Source: the human T2T-CHM13v2.0 reference genome, Homo sapiens
Direction: 5' to 3' (one strand)
Assembly: GCF_009914755.1 (NCBI RefSeq)
Contig: NC_060935.1
DNA length: 64,000 nucleotides
Position numbers and translations under genes: made by a program. The notes beneath the pieces were generated by a model. That model was not told the origin of the DNA. It saw only the letters and a program-made list of their open reading frames with translations, and ran no database searches. Positions 28,101 through 42,100 of this stretch are shown here, piece by piece (within the stretch, counting starts at the first letter, position 1; each line of letters begins with the position of its first letter).

Positions 28101-29003
28101 TTGCTTTCATAGTTCAGCTTTCAAACACTCTTTTTGTAGAATCTGCAAGTGGATATTTGGACCACTTTGTGGCCTTCCTTCGAAACGGGTATATCTTCAC
28201 ATCAAACCTAGACAGAAGCATTCTCAGAATGTTTCCTGTGATGACTGCATTCAACTCACAGAGGTGAACAATCCTGCTGATGGAGCAGTGTTGAAACTCT
28301 CTTTCTTTGGATTCTGCAAGTGGATATGTGGACCTCTGTGAAGATTTCGTTGGAAACGGGTTCGTCTTCACAGAAAAACCAAACAGGAGCATTCTCAGAA
28401 ACTGCTTTGTGATGTTTGTGTTCCACTTCAAGAATTGAACTTTCCTCTTGACAGAGCAGCTCTGAAACCCTCTTATTCTAGAATCTGCAAGTGGACATTT
28501 GGAGGGCTTTGAGGCCTGTGGTGGAAAAGGAAATCTTCACATAAAAACTTTATGGAAGCATTCTTAGAAACTACTTTGTGATGATTGCATTCGACTCACA
28601 GAGTTGAACATTCCTATAGATAGAGCAGGTTGTAAACAATCTTTTTGTAGAATCTGCGATTGGAGATTTGGACTGCTTTGAGGCCTACTGTAGTAAAGGA
28701 AATAACTTCATCTAAAAACCAAACGGAAGCATTCACAGACAATTCTTAGTGATCATTGGATTGAACTAACAGAGCTGAACATTCCTTTAGATGGAGCAGT
28801 TTCCAAACTCACTTTCTGTAGAATCTGCAAGTGGATATTTGGACTTCTCTGAGGATTTCGTTGGAAACGGGATAAACTTCCCAGAACTACAGGGAAGCAT
28901 TCTGAGAAACTTCTTTGTGATGTTTGCATTCAACTCACAGAGTTGAACCTTGCTTTCATAGTTCAGCTTTCAAACACTCTTTTTGTAGAATCTGCAAGTG
29001 GAT

Positions 29004-31300
29004 GTTTGGACCACTTTGTGGCCTTCCTTCGAAACGGGTATATCTTCACATCAAACCTAGACAGAAGCATTCTCAGAATGTTTCCTGTGATGACTGCATT
29101 CAACTCACAGAGGTGAACAATCCTGCTGATGGAGCAGTTTTGAAACTCTCTTTCTTTGGATTCTACAAGTGGATATGTGGACCTCTGTGAAGATTTCGTT
29201 GGAAACGGGTTCATCTTCACAGAAAAACTAAACAGAAGCATTCTCAGAAACTGCTTTGTGATGTTTGTGTTCCACTTCAGGAATTGAACTTTCCTCTTGA
29301 CAGAGCAGCTCTGAAACCCTCTTATTCAAGAATCTGCAAGTGGACATTTGGAGGGCTTTGAGGCCTGTGGTGGAAAAGGAAAATCTTCACATAAAAACTA
29401 GATGGAAGCATTCTCAGAAACTACTTTGTGATGATGGCTTTCGACTCACAGAGTTGAACATTCCTATAGATAGAGCAGGTTGTAAACAATCTTTTTGTAG
29501 AATCTGCGATTGGAGATTTGGACTGCTTTGAGGCCTACTGTAGTAAAGGAAATAACTTCATCTAAAAACCAAACGGAAGCATTCACAGACAATACTTAGT
29601 GATCATTGGATTGAACTAACAGAGCTGAACATTCCTTTAGATGGAGCAGTTTCCAAACACACTTTCTGTAGAATCTGCAAGTGGATATTTGGACTTCTCT
29701 GAGGATTTCGTTGGAAAGGGGATAAAATTCCCAGAACTACACGGAAGCATTCTGAGAAACTTCTTTGTAATGTTTGCATTCAACTCACAGAGTTGAACCT
29801 TGCTTTCATAGTTCAGCTTTCAAACACTCTTTTTGTACAATCTGCAAGTGGATATTTGGACCACTTTGTGGCCGTCCTTCGAAACGGGTATATCTTCATA
29901 TCAAACCTAGACAGAAGCATTCTCAGAATGTTTCCTGTGATGACTGCATTCAACTCACAGAGGTGAACAATCCTGCTGATGGAGCAGTTTTGAAACTCTC
30001 TTTCTTTGGATTCTGCAAGTGGATATGTGGACCTCTGTGAAGATTTCGTTGGAAACGGGTTCATCTTCACAGAAAAACTAAACAGGAGCATTCTCAGAAA
30101 GTGCTTTGTGATGTTTGTGTTCCACTTCAGGAATTGAACTTTCCTCTTGACAGAGCAGCTCTGAAACCCTCTTTTTCTAGAATCTGCAAGTGGACATTTG
30201 GAGGGCTTTGAGGCCTGTGGTGGAAAAGGAAAATCTTCACATAAAAACTAGATGGAAGCATTCTCAGAAACTACTTTGTGATGATTGCATTCGACTCACA
30301 GAGTTGAACATTCCTATAGATAGAGCAGGTTGTAAACAATCTTTTTGTAGAATCTGCGATTGGAGATTTGGACTGCTTTGAGGCCTACTGTAGTAGAGGA
30401 AATAACTTCATCTAAAAACCAAACGGAAGCATTCACAGACAATTCTTAGTGATCATTGCATTGAACTAACAGAGCTGAACATTCCTTTAGATGGAGCAGT
30501 TTCCAAACACACTTTCTGTAGAATCTGCAAGTGGATATTTGGACTTCTCTGAGGATTTCGTTGGAAACGGGATAAACTTCCCAGAACTACACGGAAGCAT
30601 TGTGAGAAACTTCTTTGTGATGTTTGCATTCAACTCACAGAGTTGAACCTTGCTTTCATAGTTCAGCTTTCAAACACTCTTTTTGTAGAATCTGCAAGTG
30701 GATATTTGGACCACTTTGTGGCCTTCCTTCCAAACGGGTATATCTTCACATCAAACCTAGACGGAAGCATTATCAGAATGTTTCCTGTGATGACTGCATT
30801 CAACTCACAGAGGTGAACAATCCTGTTGATGGAGCAGTTTTGAAACTCTCTTTCTTTGGATTCTGCAAGTTGATATGTGGACCTCTGTGAAGATTTCGTT
30901 GGAAACGGGTTCATCTTCACAGAAAAACTAAACAGAATCATTCTCAGAAACTGCTTTGTGATGCTTGTGTTCCACTTCAAGAATTGAACTTTCCTCTTGA
31001 CAGAGCAGCTCTGAAACCCTCTTTTTCTAGAATCTGCAAGTGGACATTTGGAGGGCTTTGAGGTCTGTGGTGGAAAAGGAAAATCTTCACATAAAAACTA
31101 GATGGAAGCATTCTCAGAAACTACTTTGTAATGATTGCATTCGACTCACAGAGTTGAACATTCCTATAGATAGAGCAGGTTGTAAACAATCTTTTTGTAG
31201 AATCTGCGATTGGAGATTTGGACTGCTTTGAGGCCTACTGTAGTAAAGGAAATAACTTCATCTAAAAACCAAACGGAAGCATTCACAGACAATTCTTAGT
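29004..31300 (+). repeat. Duplicated block (HOR35-37), copy at ~35804-38100 (offset 6800 = 8 HORs)
   Basis: Shared GGATGTTTGG, TTCTACAAG, TATTCAAG, GATGGCTTTCG, AATACTTAG, GGAAAGGGGATAAAATT, TTTGTAATG, GCCGTCC, CTTCATATC, TAGTAGAGG, TTCCAAACGGG, CAGAATCATT, ATGCTTGTG and AGGTCTGTG. Confidence 0.9.
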
Positions 31301-34300
31301 GATCATTGCATTGAACTAACAGAGCTGAACATTCCTTTAGATGGAGCAGTTTCCAAACACACTTTCTGTAGAATCTGCAAGTGGATATTTGGACTTCTCT
31401 GAGTATTTCGTTGGAAACGGGATAAACTTCCCAGAACTACACGGAAGCATTGTGAGAAACTTCTTTGTGATGTTTGCATTCAACTCACAGAGTTGAACCT
31501 TGCTTTCATAGTTCAGCTTTCAAACACTCTTTTTGTAGAATCTGCAAGTGCATATTTGGACCACTTTGTGGCCTTCCTTCGAAACGGGTATATCTTCACA
31601 TCAAACCTAGACAGAAGCATTCTCAGAATGTTTCCTGTGAAGACTGCATTCAACTCACAGAGATGAACAATCCTGTTGATGGAGCACTTTGGAAACTCTC
31701 TTTCTTGGGATTCTGCAAGTTGATATGTGGACCTCTGTGAAGATTTCGTTGGAAACGTGTTCATCTTCACAGAAAAACTAAACAGAAGCATTCTCAAAAA
31801 CTACTTTGTGATGTTTGTGTTCCACTTCAAGAATTGAACTTTCCTCTTGACAGAGCAGCTCTGAAAACCTCTTTTTCTAGAATCTGCAAGTGGACATTTG
31901 GAGGGCTTTGAGGCCTGTGGTGGAAAAGGAAAATCTTCACATAAAAACTAGATGGAAGCATTCTCAGAAACTACTTTGTGATGATTGCATTCGACTCACA
32001 GAGTTGAACATTCCTATAGATAGAGCAGGTTGTAAACAATCTTTTTGTAGAATCTGCGATTGGAGATTTGGACTGCTTTGAGTCCTACTGTAGTAAAGGA
32101 AATAACTTCATCTAAAAACCAAACGGAAGCATTCACAGACAATTCTTAGTGATCATTGGATTGAACTAACACAGCTGAAAATTCCTTTAGATGGAGCAGT
32201 TTCCAAACACACTTTCTGTAGAATCTGCAAGTGGATATTTGGACCTCTCTGAGGATTTCGTTGGAAACGGGATAAACTTCCCAGAACTACACGGAAGCAT
32301 TCTGAGAAACTTCTTTGTGATGTTTGCATTCAACTCACAGAGTTGAACCTTGCTTTCATAGTTCAGCTTTCAAACACTCTTTTTGTAGAATCTGCAAGTG
32401 GATATTTGGACCACTTTGTGGCCTTCCTTCGAAACGGGTATATCTTCACATCAAACCTAGACAGAAGCATTCTCAGAATGTTTCCTGTGATGACTGCATT
32501 CAACTCACAGAGGTGAACAATCCTGCTGATGGAGCAGTTTTGAAACTCTCTTTCTTTGGATTCTGCAAGTGGATATGTGGACCTCTGTGAAGATTTCGTT
32601 GGAAACGGGTTCATCTTCACAGAAAAACTAAACAGAAGCATTCTCAGAAACTGCTTTGTGATGTTTGTGTTCCACTTCAGGAATTGAACTTTCCTCTTGA
32701 CAGAGCAGCTCTGAAACCCTCTTATTCAAGAATCTGCAAGTGGACATTTGGAGGGCTTTGAGGCCTGTGGTGGAAAAGGAAAATCTTCACATAAAAACTA
32801 GATGGAAGCATTCTCAGAAACTACTTTGTGATGATTGCATTCGACTCACAGAGTTGAACATTCCTATAGATAGAGCAGGTTGTAAACAATCTTTTTGTAG
32901 AATCTGCGATTGGAGATTTGGACTGCTTTGAGGCCTACTGTAGTAGAGGAAATAACTTCATCTAAAAACCAAACGGAAGCATTCACAGACAATTCTTAGT
33001 GATCATTGCATTGAACTAACAGAGCTGAACATTCCTTTAGATGGAGCAGTTTCCAAACACACTTTCTGTAGAATCTGCAAGTGGATATTTGGACTTCTCT
33101 GAGGATTTCGTTGGAAACGGGATAAACTTCCCAGAACTACACGGAAGCATTGTGAGAAACTTCTTTGTGATGTTTGCATTCAACTCACAGAGTTGAACCT
33201 TGCTTTCATAGTTCAGCTTTCAAACACTCTTTTTGTAGAATCTGCAAGTGGATATTTGGACCACTTTGTGGCCTTCCTTCCAAACGGGTATATCTTCACA
33301 TCAAACCTAGACAGAAGCATTCTCAGAATGTTTCCTGTGATGACTGCATTCAACTCACAGAGGTGAACAATCCTGTTGATGGAGCAGTTTTGAAACTCTC
33401 TTTCTTTGGATTCTGCAAGTTGATATGTGGACCTCTGTGAAGATTTCGTTGGAAACGGGTTCATCTTCACAGAAAAACTAAACAGAATCATTCTCAGAAA
33501 CTGCTTTGTGATGCTTGTGTTCCACTTCAAGAATTGAACTTTCCTCTTGACAGAGCAGCTCTGAAACCCTCTTTTTCTAGAATCTGCAAGTGGACATTTG
33601 GAGGGCTTTGAGGTCTGTGGTGGAAAAGGAAAATCTTCACATAAAAACTAGATGGAAGCATTCTCAGAAACTACTTTGTAATGATTGCATTCGACTCACA
33701 GAGTTGAACATTCCTATAGATAGAGCAGGTTGTAAACAATCTTTTTGTAGAATCTGCGATTGGAGATTTGGACTGCTTTGAGGCCTACTGTAGTAAAGGA
33801 AATAACTTCATCTAAAAACCAAACGGAAGCATTCACAGACAATTCTTAGTGATCATTGCATTGAACTAACAGAGCTGAACATTCCTTTAGATGGAGCAGT
33901 TTCCAAACACACTTTCTGTAGAATCTGCAAGTGGATATTTGGACTTCTCTGAGGATTTCGTTGGAAACGGGATAAACTTCCCAGAACTACACGGAAGCAT
34001 TGTGAGAAACTTCTTTGTGATGTTTGCATTCAACTCACAGAGTTGAACCTTGCTTTCATAGTTCAGCTTTCAAACACTCTTTTTGTAGAATCTGCAAGTG
34101 CATATTTGGACCACTTTGTGGCCTTCCTTCGAAACGGGTATATCTTCACATCAAACCTAGACAGAAGCATTCTCAGAATGTTTCCTGTGAAGACTGCATT
34201 CAACTCACAGAGATGAACAATCCTGTTGATGGAGCACTTTGGAAACTCTCTTTCTTGGGATTCTGCAAGTTGATATGTGGACCTCTGTGAAGATTTCGTT

Positions 34301-35180
34301 GGAAACGTGTTCATCTTCTCAGAAAAACTAAACAGAAGCATTCTCAAAAACTACTTTGTGATGTTTGTGTTCCACTTCAAGAATTGAACTTTCCTCTTGA
34401 CAGAGCAGCTCTGAAAACCTCTTTTTCTAGAATCTGCAAGTGGACATTTGGAGGGCTTTGAGGCCTGTGGTGGAAAAGGAAAATCTTCACATAAAAACTA
34501 GATGGAAGCATTCTCAGAAACTACTTTGTGATGATTGCATTCGACTCACAGAGTTGAACATTCCTATAGATAGAGCAGGTTGTAAACAATCTTTTTGTAG
34601 AATCTGCGATTGGAGATTTGGACTGCTTTGAGGCCTACTGTAGTAAAGGAAATAACTTCATCTAAAAACCAAACGGAAGCATTCACAGACAATTCTTAGT
34701 GATCATTGGATTGAACTAACACAGCTGAAAATTCCTTTAGATGGAGCAGTTTCCAAGCACACTTTCTGTAGAATCTGCAAGTGGATATTTGGACCTCTCT
34801 GAGGATTTCGTTGGAAACGGGATAAACTTCCCAGAACTACACGGAAGCATTCTGAGAAACTTCTTTGTGATGTTTGCATTCAACTCACAGAGTTGAACCT
34901 TGCTTTCATAGTTCAGCTTTCAAACACTCTTTTTGTAGAATCTGCAAGTGGATATTTGGACCACTTTGTGGCCTTCCTTCGAAACGGGTATATCTTCACA
35001 TCAAACCTAGACAGAAGCATTCTCAGAATGTTTCCTGTGATGACTGCATTCAACTCACAGAGGTGAACAATCCTGCTGATGGAGCAGTTTTGAAACTCTC
35101 TTTCTTTGGATTCTGCAAGTGGATATGTGGACCTCTGTGAAGATTTCGTTGGAAACGGGTTCATCTTCACAGAAAAACTA
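30391..35180 (+). repeat. Near-tandem 3-HOR duplication (~30391-32630 and ~32941-35180, offset 2550)
   Basis: TAGTAGAGG is followed by the HOR37/HOR40 markers and then the HOR38/HOR41 markers, in the same order in both copies. Confidence 0.85.
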
Positions 35181-38100
35181 AACAGGAGCATTCTCAGAAA
35201 CTGCTTTGTGATGTTTGTGTTCCACTTAAAGAATTGAACTTTCCTCTTGACAGAGCAGCTCTGAAACCCTCTTTTTCTAGAATCTGCAAGTGGACATTTG
35301 GAGGGCTTTGAGGCCTGTGGTGGAAAAGGAAAATCTTCACATAAAAACTAGATGGAAGCATTCTCAGAAACTACTTTGTGATGATTGCATTCGACTCACA
35401 GATTTGAACATTCCTATAGATAGAGCAGGTTGTAAACAATCTTTTTGTAGAATCTGCGATTGGAGATTTGGACTGCTTTGAGGCCTACTGTAGTAAAGGA
35501 AATAACTTCATCTAAAAACCAAACGGAAGCATTCACAGACAATTCTTAGTGACCATTGGATTGAACTAACAGAGCTGAACATTCCTTTAGATGGCGCAGT
35601 TTCCAAACACACTTTCTGTAGAATCTGCAAGTGGATATTTGGACTTCTCTGAGGATTTCGTTGGAAACGGGATAAACTTCCCAGAACTACACGGAAGCAT
35701 TGTGAGAAACTTCTTTGTGATGTTTGCATTCAACTCACAGAGTTGAACCTTGCTTTCATAGTTCAGCTTTCAAACACTCTTTTTGTAGAATCTGCAAGTG
35801 GATGTTTGGACCACTTTGTGGCCTTCCTTCGAAACGGGTATATCTTCACATCAAACCTAGACAGAAGCATTCTCAGAATGTTTCCTGTGATGACTGCATT
35901 CAACTCACAGAGGTGAACAATCCTGCTGATGGAGCAGTTTTGAAACTCTCTTTCTTTGGATTCTACAAGTGGATATGTGGACCTCTGTGAAGATTTCGTT
36001 GGAAACGGGTTCATCTTCACAGAAAAACTAAACAGAAGCATTCTCAGAAACTGCTTTGTGATGTTTGTGTTCCACTTCAGGAATTGAACTTTCCTCTTGA
36101 CAGAGCAGCTCTGAAACCCTCTTATTCAAGAATCTGCAAGTGGACATTTGGAGGGCTTTGAGGCCTGTGGTGGAAAAGGAAAATCTTCACATAAAAACTA
36201 GATGGAAGCATTCTCAGAAACTACTTTGTGATGATGGCTTTCGACTCACAGAGTTGAACATTCCTATAGATAGAGCAGGTTGTAAACAATCTTTTTGTAG
36301 AATCTGCGATTGGAGATTTGGACTGCTTTGAGGCCTACTGTAGTAAAGGAAATAACTTCATCTAAAAACCAAACGGAAGCATTCACAGACAATACTTAGT
36401 GATCATTGGATTGAACTAACAGAGCTGAACATTCCTTTAGATGGAGCAGTTTCCAAACACACTTTCTGTAGAATCTGCAAGTGGATATTTGGACTTCTCT
36501 GAGGATTTCGTTGGAAAGGGGATAAAATTCCCAGAACTACACGGAAGCATTCTGAGAAACTTCTTTGTAATGTTTGCATTCAACTCACAGAGTTGAACCT
36601 TGCTTTCATAGTTCAGCTTTCAAACACTCTTTTTGTGCAATCTGCAAGTGGATATTTGGACCACTTTGTGGCCGTCCTTCGAAACGGGTATATCTTCATA
36701 TCAAACCTAGACAGAAGCATTCTCAGAATGTTTCCTGTGATGACTGCATTCAACTCACAGAGGTGAACAATCCTGCTGATGGAGCAGTTTTGAAACTCTC
36801 TTTCTTTGGATTCTGCAAGTGGATATGTGGACCTCTGTGAAGATTTCGTTGGAAACGGGTTCATCTTCACAGAAAAACTAAACAGGAGCATTCTCAGAAA
36901 GTGCTTTGTGATGTTTGTGTTCCACTTCAGGAATTGAACTTTCCTCTTGACAGAGCAGCTCTGAAACCCTCTTTTTCTAGAATCTGCAAGTGGACATTTG
37001 GAGGGCTTTGAGGCCTGTGGTGGAAAAGGAAAATCTTCACATAAAAACTAGATGGAAGCATTCTCAGAAACTACTTTGTGATGATTGCATTCGACTCACA
37101 GAGTTGAACATTCCTATAGATAGAGCAGGTTGTAAACAATCTTTTTGTAGAATCTGCGATTGGAGATTTGGACTGCTTTGAGGCCTACTGTAGTAGAGGA
37201 AATAACTTCATCTAAAAACCAAACGGAAGCATTCACAGACAATTCTTAGTGATCATTGCATTGAACTAACAGAGCTGAACATTCCTTTAGATGGAGCAGT
37301 TTCCAAACACACTTTCTGTAGAATCTGCAAGTGGATATTTGGACCTCTCTGAGGATTTCGTTGGAAACGGGATAAACTTCCCAGAACTACACGGAAGCAT
37401 TGTGAGAAACTTCTTTGTGATGTTTGCATTCAACTCACAGAGTTGAACCTTGGTTTCATAGTTCAGCTTTCAAACACTCTTTTTGTAGAATCTGCAAGTG
37501 GATATTTGGACCACTTTGTGGCCTTCCTTCCAAACGGGTATATCTTCACATCAAACCTAGACAGAAGCATTCTCAGAATGTTTCCTGTGATGACTGCATT
37601 CAACTCACAGAGGTGAACAATCCTGTTGATGGAGCAGTTTTGAAACTCTCTTTCTTTGGATTCTGCAAGTTGATATGTGGACCTCTGTGAAGATTTCGTT
37701 GGAAACGGGTTCATCTTCACAGAAAAACTAAACAGAATCATTCTCAGAAACTGCTTTGTGATGCTTGTGTTCCACTTCAAGAATTGAACTTTCCTCTTGA
37801 CAGAGCAGCTCTGAAACCCTCTTTTTCTAGAATCTGCAAGTGGACATTTGGAGGGCTTTGAGGTCTGTGGTGGAAAAGGAAAATCTTCACATAAAAACTA
37901 GATGGAAGCATTCTCAGAAACTACTTTGTAATGATTGCATTCGACTCACAGAGTTGAACATTCCTATAGATAGAGCAGGTTGTAAACAATCTTTTTGTAG
38001 AATCTGCGATTGGAGATTTGGACTGCTTTGAGGCCTACTGTAGTAAAGGAAATAACTTCATCTAAAAACCAAACGGAAGCATTCACAGACAATTCTTAGT

Positions 38101-39890
38101 GATCATTGGATTGAACTAACACAGCTGAAAATTCCTTTAGATGGAGCAGTTTCCAAACACACTTTCTGTAGAATCTGCAAGTGGATATTTGGACCTCTCT
38201 GAGGATTTCGTTGGAAACGGGATAAACTTCCCAGAACTACACGGAAGCATTCTGAGAAACTTCTTTGTGATGTTTGCATTCAACTCACAGAGTTGAACCT
38301 TGCTTTCATAGTTCAGCTTTCAAACACTCTTTTTGTAGAATCTGCAAGTGGATATTTGGACCACTTTGTGGCCTTCCTTCGAAACGGGTATATCTTCACA
38401 TCAAACCTAGACAGAAGCATTCTCAGAATGTTTCCTGTGATGACTGCATTCAACTCACAGAGGTGAACAATCCTGCTGATGGAGCAGTTTTGAAACTCTC
38501 TTTCTTTGGATTCTGCAAGTGGATATGTGGACCTCTGTGAAGATTTCGTTGGAAACGGGTTCATCTTCACAGAAAAACTAAACAGGAGCATTCTCAGAAA
38601 CTGCTTTGTGATGTTTGTGTTCCACTTAAAGAATTGAACTTTCCTCTTGACAGAGCAGCTGTGAAACCCTCTTTTTCTAGAATCTGCAAGTGGACATTTG
38701 GAGGGCTTTGAGGCCTGTGGTGGAAAAGGAAAATCTTCACATAAAAACTAGATGGAAGCATTCTCAGAAACTACTTTGTGATGATTGCATTCGACTCACA
38801 GATTTGAACATTCCTATAGATAGAGCAGGTTGTAAACAATCTTTTTGTAGAATCTGCGATTGGAGATTTGGACTGCTTTGAGGCCTACTGTAGTAAAGGA
38901 AATAACTTCATCTAAAAACCAAACGGAAGCATTCACAGACAATTCTTAGTGACCATTGGATTGAACTAACAGAGCTGAACATTCCTTTAGATGGCGCAGT
39001 TTCCAAACACACTTTCTGTAGAATCTGCAAGTGGATATTTGGACTTCTCTGAGGATTTCGTTGGAAACGGGATAAATTTCCCAGAACTACACGGAAGCAT
39101 TGTGAGAAACTTCTTTGTGATGTTTGCATTCAACTCACAGAGTTGAACCTTGCTTTCATAGTTCAGCTTTCAAACACTCTTTTTGTAGAATCTGCAAGTG
39201 CATATTTGGACCACTTTGTGGCCTTCCTTCGAAACGGGTATATCTTCACATCAAACCTAGACAGAAGCATTCTCAGAATGTTTCCTGTGAAGACTGCATT
39301 CAACTCACAGAGATGAACAATCCTGTTGATGGAGCACTTTGGAAACTCTCTTTCTTGGGATTCTGCAAGTTGATATGTGGACCTCTGTGAAGATTTCGTT
39401 GGAAACGTGTTCATCTTCACAGAAAAAATAAACAGAAGCATTCTCAAAAACTACTTTGTGATGTTTGTGTTCCACTTCAAGAATTGAACTTTCCTCTTGA
39501 CAGAGCAGCTCTGAAAACCTCTTTTTCTAGAATCTGCAAGTGGACATTTGGAGGGCTTTGAGGCCTGTGGTGGAAAAGGAAAATCTTCACATAAAAACTA
39601 GATGGAAGCATTCTCAGAAACTACTTTGTGATGATTGCATTCGACTCACAGAGTTGAACATTCCTATAGATAGAGCAGGTTGTAAACAATCTTTTTGTAG
39701 AATCTGCGATTGGAGATTTGGACTGCTTTGAGGCCTACTGTAGTAAAGGAAATAACTTCATCTAAAAACCAAACGGAAGCATTCACAGACAATTCTTAGT
39801 GATCATTGGATTGAACTAACACAGCTGAAAATTCCTTTAGATGGAGCAGTTTCCAAACACACTTTCTGTAGAATCTGCAAGTGGATATTT

Positions 39891-42100
39891 GCACTTCTCT
39901 GAGGATTTCGTTGGAAACGGGATAAACTTCCCAGAACTACACGGAAGCATTGTGAGAAACTTCTTTGTGATGTTTGCATTCAACTCACAGAGTTGAACCT
40001 TGTTTTCATAGTTCAGCTTTCAAACACTCTTTTTGTAGAATCTGCAAGTGGATATTTGGACCACTTTGTGGCCTTCCTTCGAAACGGGTATATCTTCACA
40101 TCAAACCTAGACAGAAGCATTCTCAGAATGTTTCCTGTGATGACTGCATTCAACTCACAGAGGTGAACAATCCTGTTGATGGAGCACTTTTGAAACTCTC
40201 TTTCTTTGTATTCTGCAAGTTGATATGTGGACCTCTGCGAAGATTTCGTTGGAAACGGGTTCATCTTCACAGAAAAACTAAACAGAAGCATTCTCAGAAA
40301 CTACTTTGTGATGTTTGTGTTCCACTTCAAGAATTGAACTTTCCTCTTGACAGAGCAGCTCTGAAACCCTCTTTTTCTGGAATCTGCAAGTGGACATTTG
40401 GAGGGCTTTGAGGCCTGTGGTGGAAAAGGAAAATCTTCACATAAAAACTAGATGGAAGCATTCTCAGAAACTACTTTGTGATGATTGCATTCGACTCACA
40501 GAGTTGAACATTCCTATAGATAGAGCAGGTTGTAAACAATCTTTTTGTAGAATCTGCGATTGGAGATTTGGACTGCTTTGAGGCCTACTGTAGTAAAGGA
40601 AATAACTTCATCTAAAAACCAAACGGAAGCATTCACAGACAATTCTTAGTGATCATTGCATTGAACTAACAGAGGTGAACATTCCTTTAGATGGCGCAGT
40701 TTCCAAACACACTTTCTGTAGAATCTGCAAGTGGATATTTGGACCTCTCTGAGGATTTCGTTGGAAACGGTATAAACTTCCCAGAACTACACGGAAGCAT
40801 TGTGAGAAAATTCTTTGTGATGTTTGCATTCAACTCACAGAGTTGAACCTTGCTTTCATAGTTCAGCTTTCAAACACTCTTTTTGTAGAATCTGCAAGTG
40901 GATATTTGGACCACTTTGTGGCCTTCCTTCGAAACGGGTATATCTTCCCATCAAACCTAGACAGAAGCATTCTCAGAATGTTTCCTGTGATGACTGCATT
41001 CAACTCACAGAGGTGAACAATCCTGTTGATGGAGCACTTTTGAAACTCTCTTTCTTTGGATTCTGCAAGTTGATATGTGGACCTCTGTGAAGATTTCGTT
41101 GGAAACGGGTTCATCTTCACAGAAAAACTAAACAGAAGCATTCTCAGAAACTACTTTGTGATGTTTGTGTTCCACTTCAAGAATTGAACTTTCCTCTTGA
41201 CAGAGCAGCTCTGAAACCCTCTTTTTCTAGAATCTGCAAGTGGACATTTGGAGGGCTTTGAGGCCTGTGGTGGAAAAGGAAAATCTTCACATAAAAACTA
41301 GATGGAAGCATTCTCAGAAACTACTTTGTGATGATTGCATTCGACTCACAGAGTTGAACATTCCTATAGATAGAGCAGGTTGTAAACAATCTTTTTGTAG
41401 AATCTGCGATTGGAGATTTAGACTGCTTTGAGGCCTACTGTAGTAAAGGAAATAACTTCATCTAAAAACCAAACGGAAGCATTCACAGACAATTCTTAGT
41501 GATCATTGCATTGAACTAACAGAGCTGAACATTCCTTTAGATGGCGCAGTTTCCAAACACACTTTCTGTAGAATCTGCAAGTGGATATTTGGACCTCTCT
41601 GAGGATTTCGTTAGAAACGGGATAAACTTCCCAGAACTACACGGAAGCATGCTGAGAAACTTCTTTGTGATGTTTGCATTCAACTCACAGAGTTGAACCT
41701 TGCTTTCATAGTTCAGCTTTCAAACACTCTTTTTGTAGAATCTGCAAGTGGATATTTGGACCACTTTGTGGCCTTCCTTCGAAACGGGTATATCTTCACA
41801 TCAAACCTAGACAGAAGCATTCTCAGAATGTTTCCTGTGATGACTGCATTCAACTCACAGAGGTGAACAATCCTGCTGATGGAGCAATTTTGAAACTCTC
41901 TTTCTTTGGATTCTGCAAGTGGATATGTGGACCTCTGTGAAGATTTCGTTGGAAACGGGTTCATCTTCACAGAAAAACTAAACAGAAGCATTCTCAGAAA
42001 CTGCTTTGTGATGTTTGTGTTCCACTTCAGGAATTGAACTTTCCTCTTGACAGAGCAGCTCTGAAACCCTCTTATTCTAGAATCTGCAAGTGGACATTTG
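39891..42100 (+). repeat. Duplicated block (HOR48-50), copy at ~50091-52300 (offset 10200 = 12 HORs)
   Basis: Shared TTTGCACTTC, TTGTTTTCAT, TCTTTGTATT, TGCGAAG, TTTCTGGAAT, AGAGGTGAACATT, AAACGGTATA, GAGAAAATT, CTTCCCATC, GTTAGAAAC and GCAATTTT. Confidence 0.9.
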
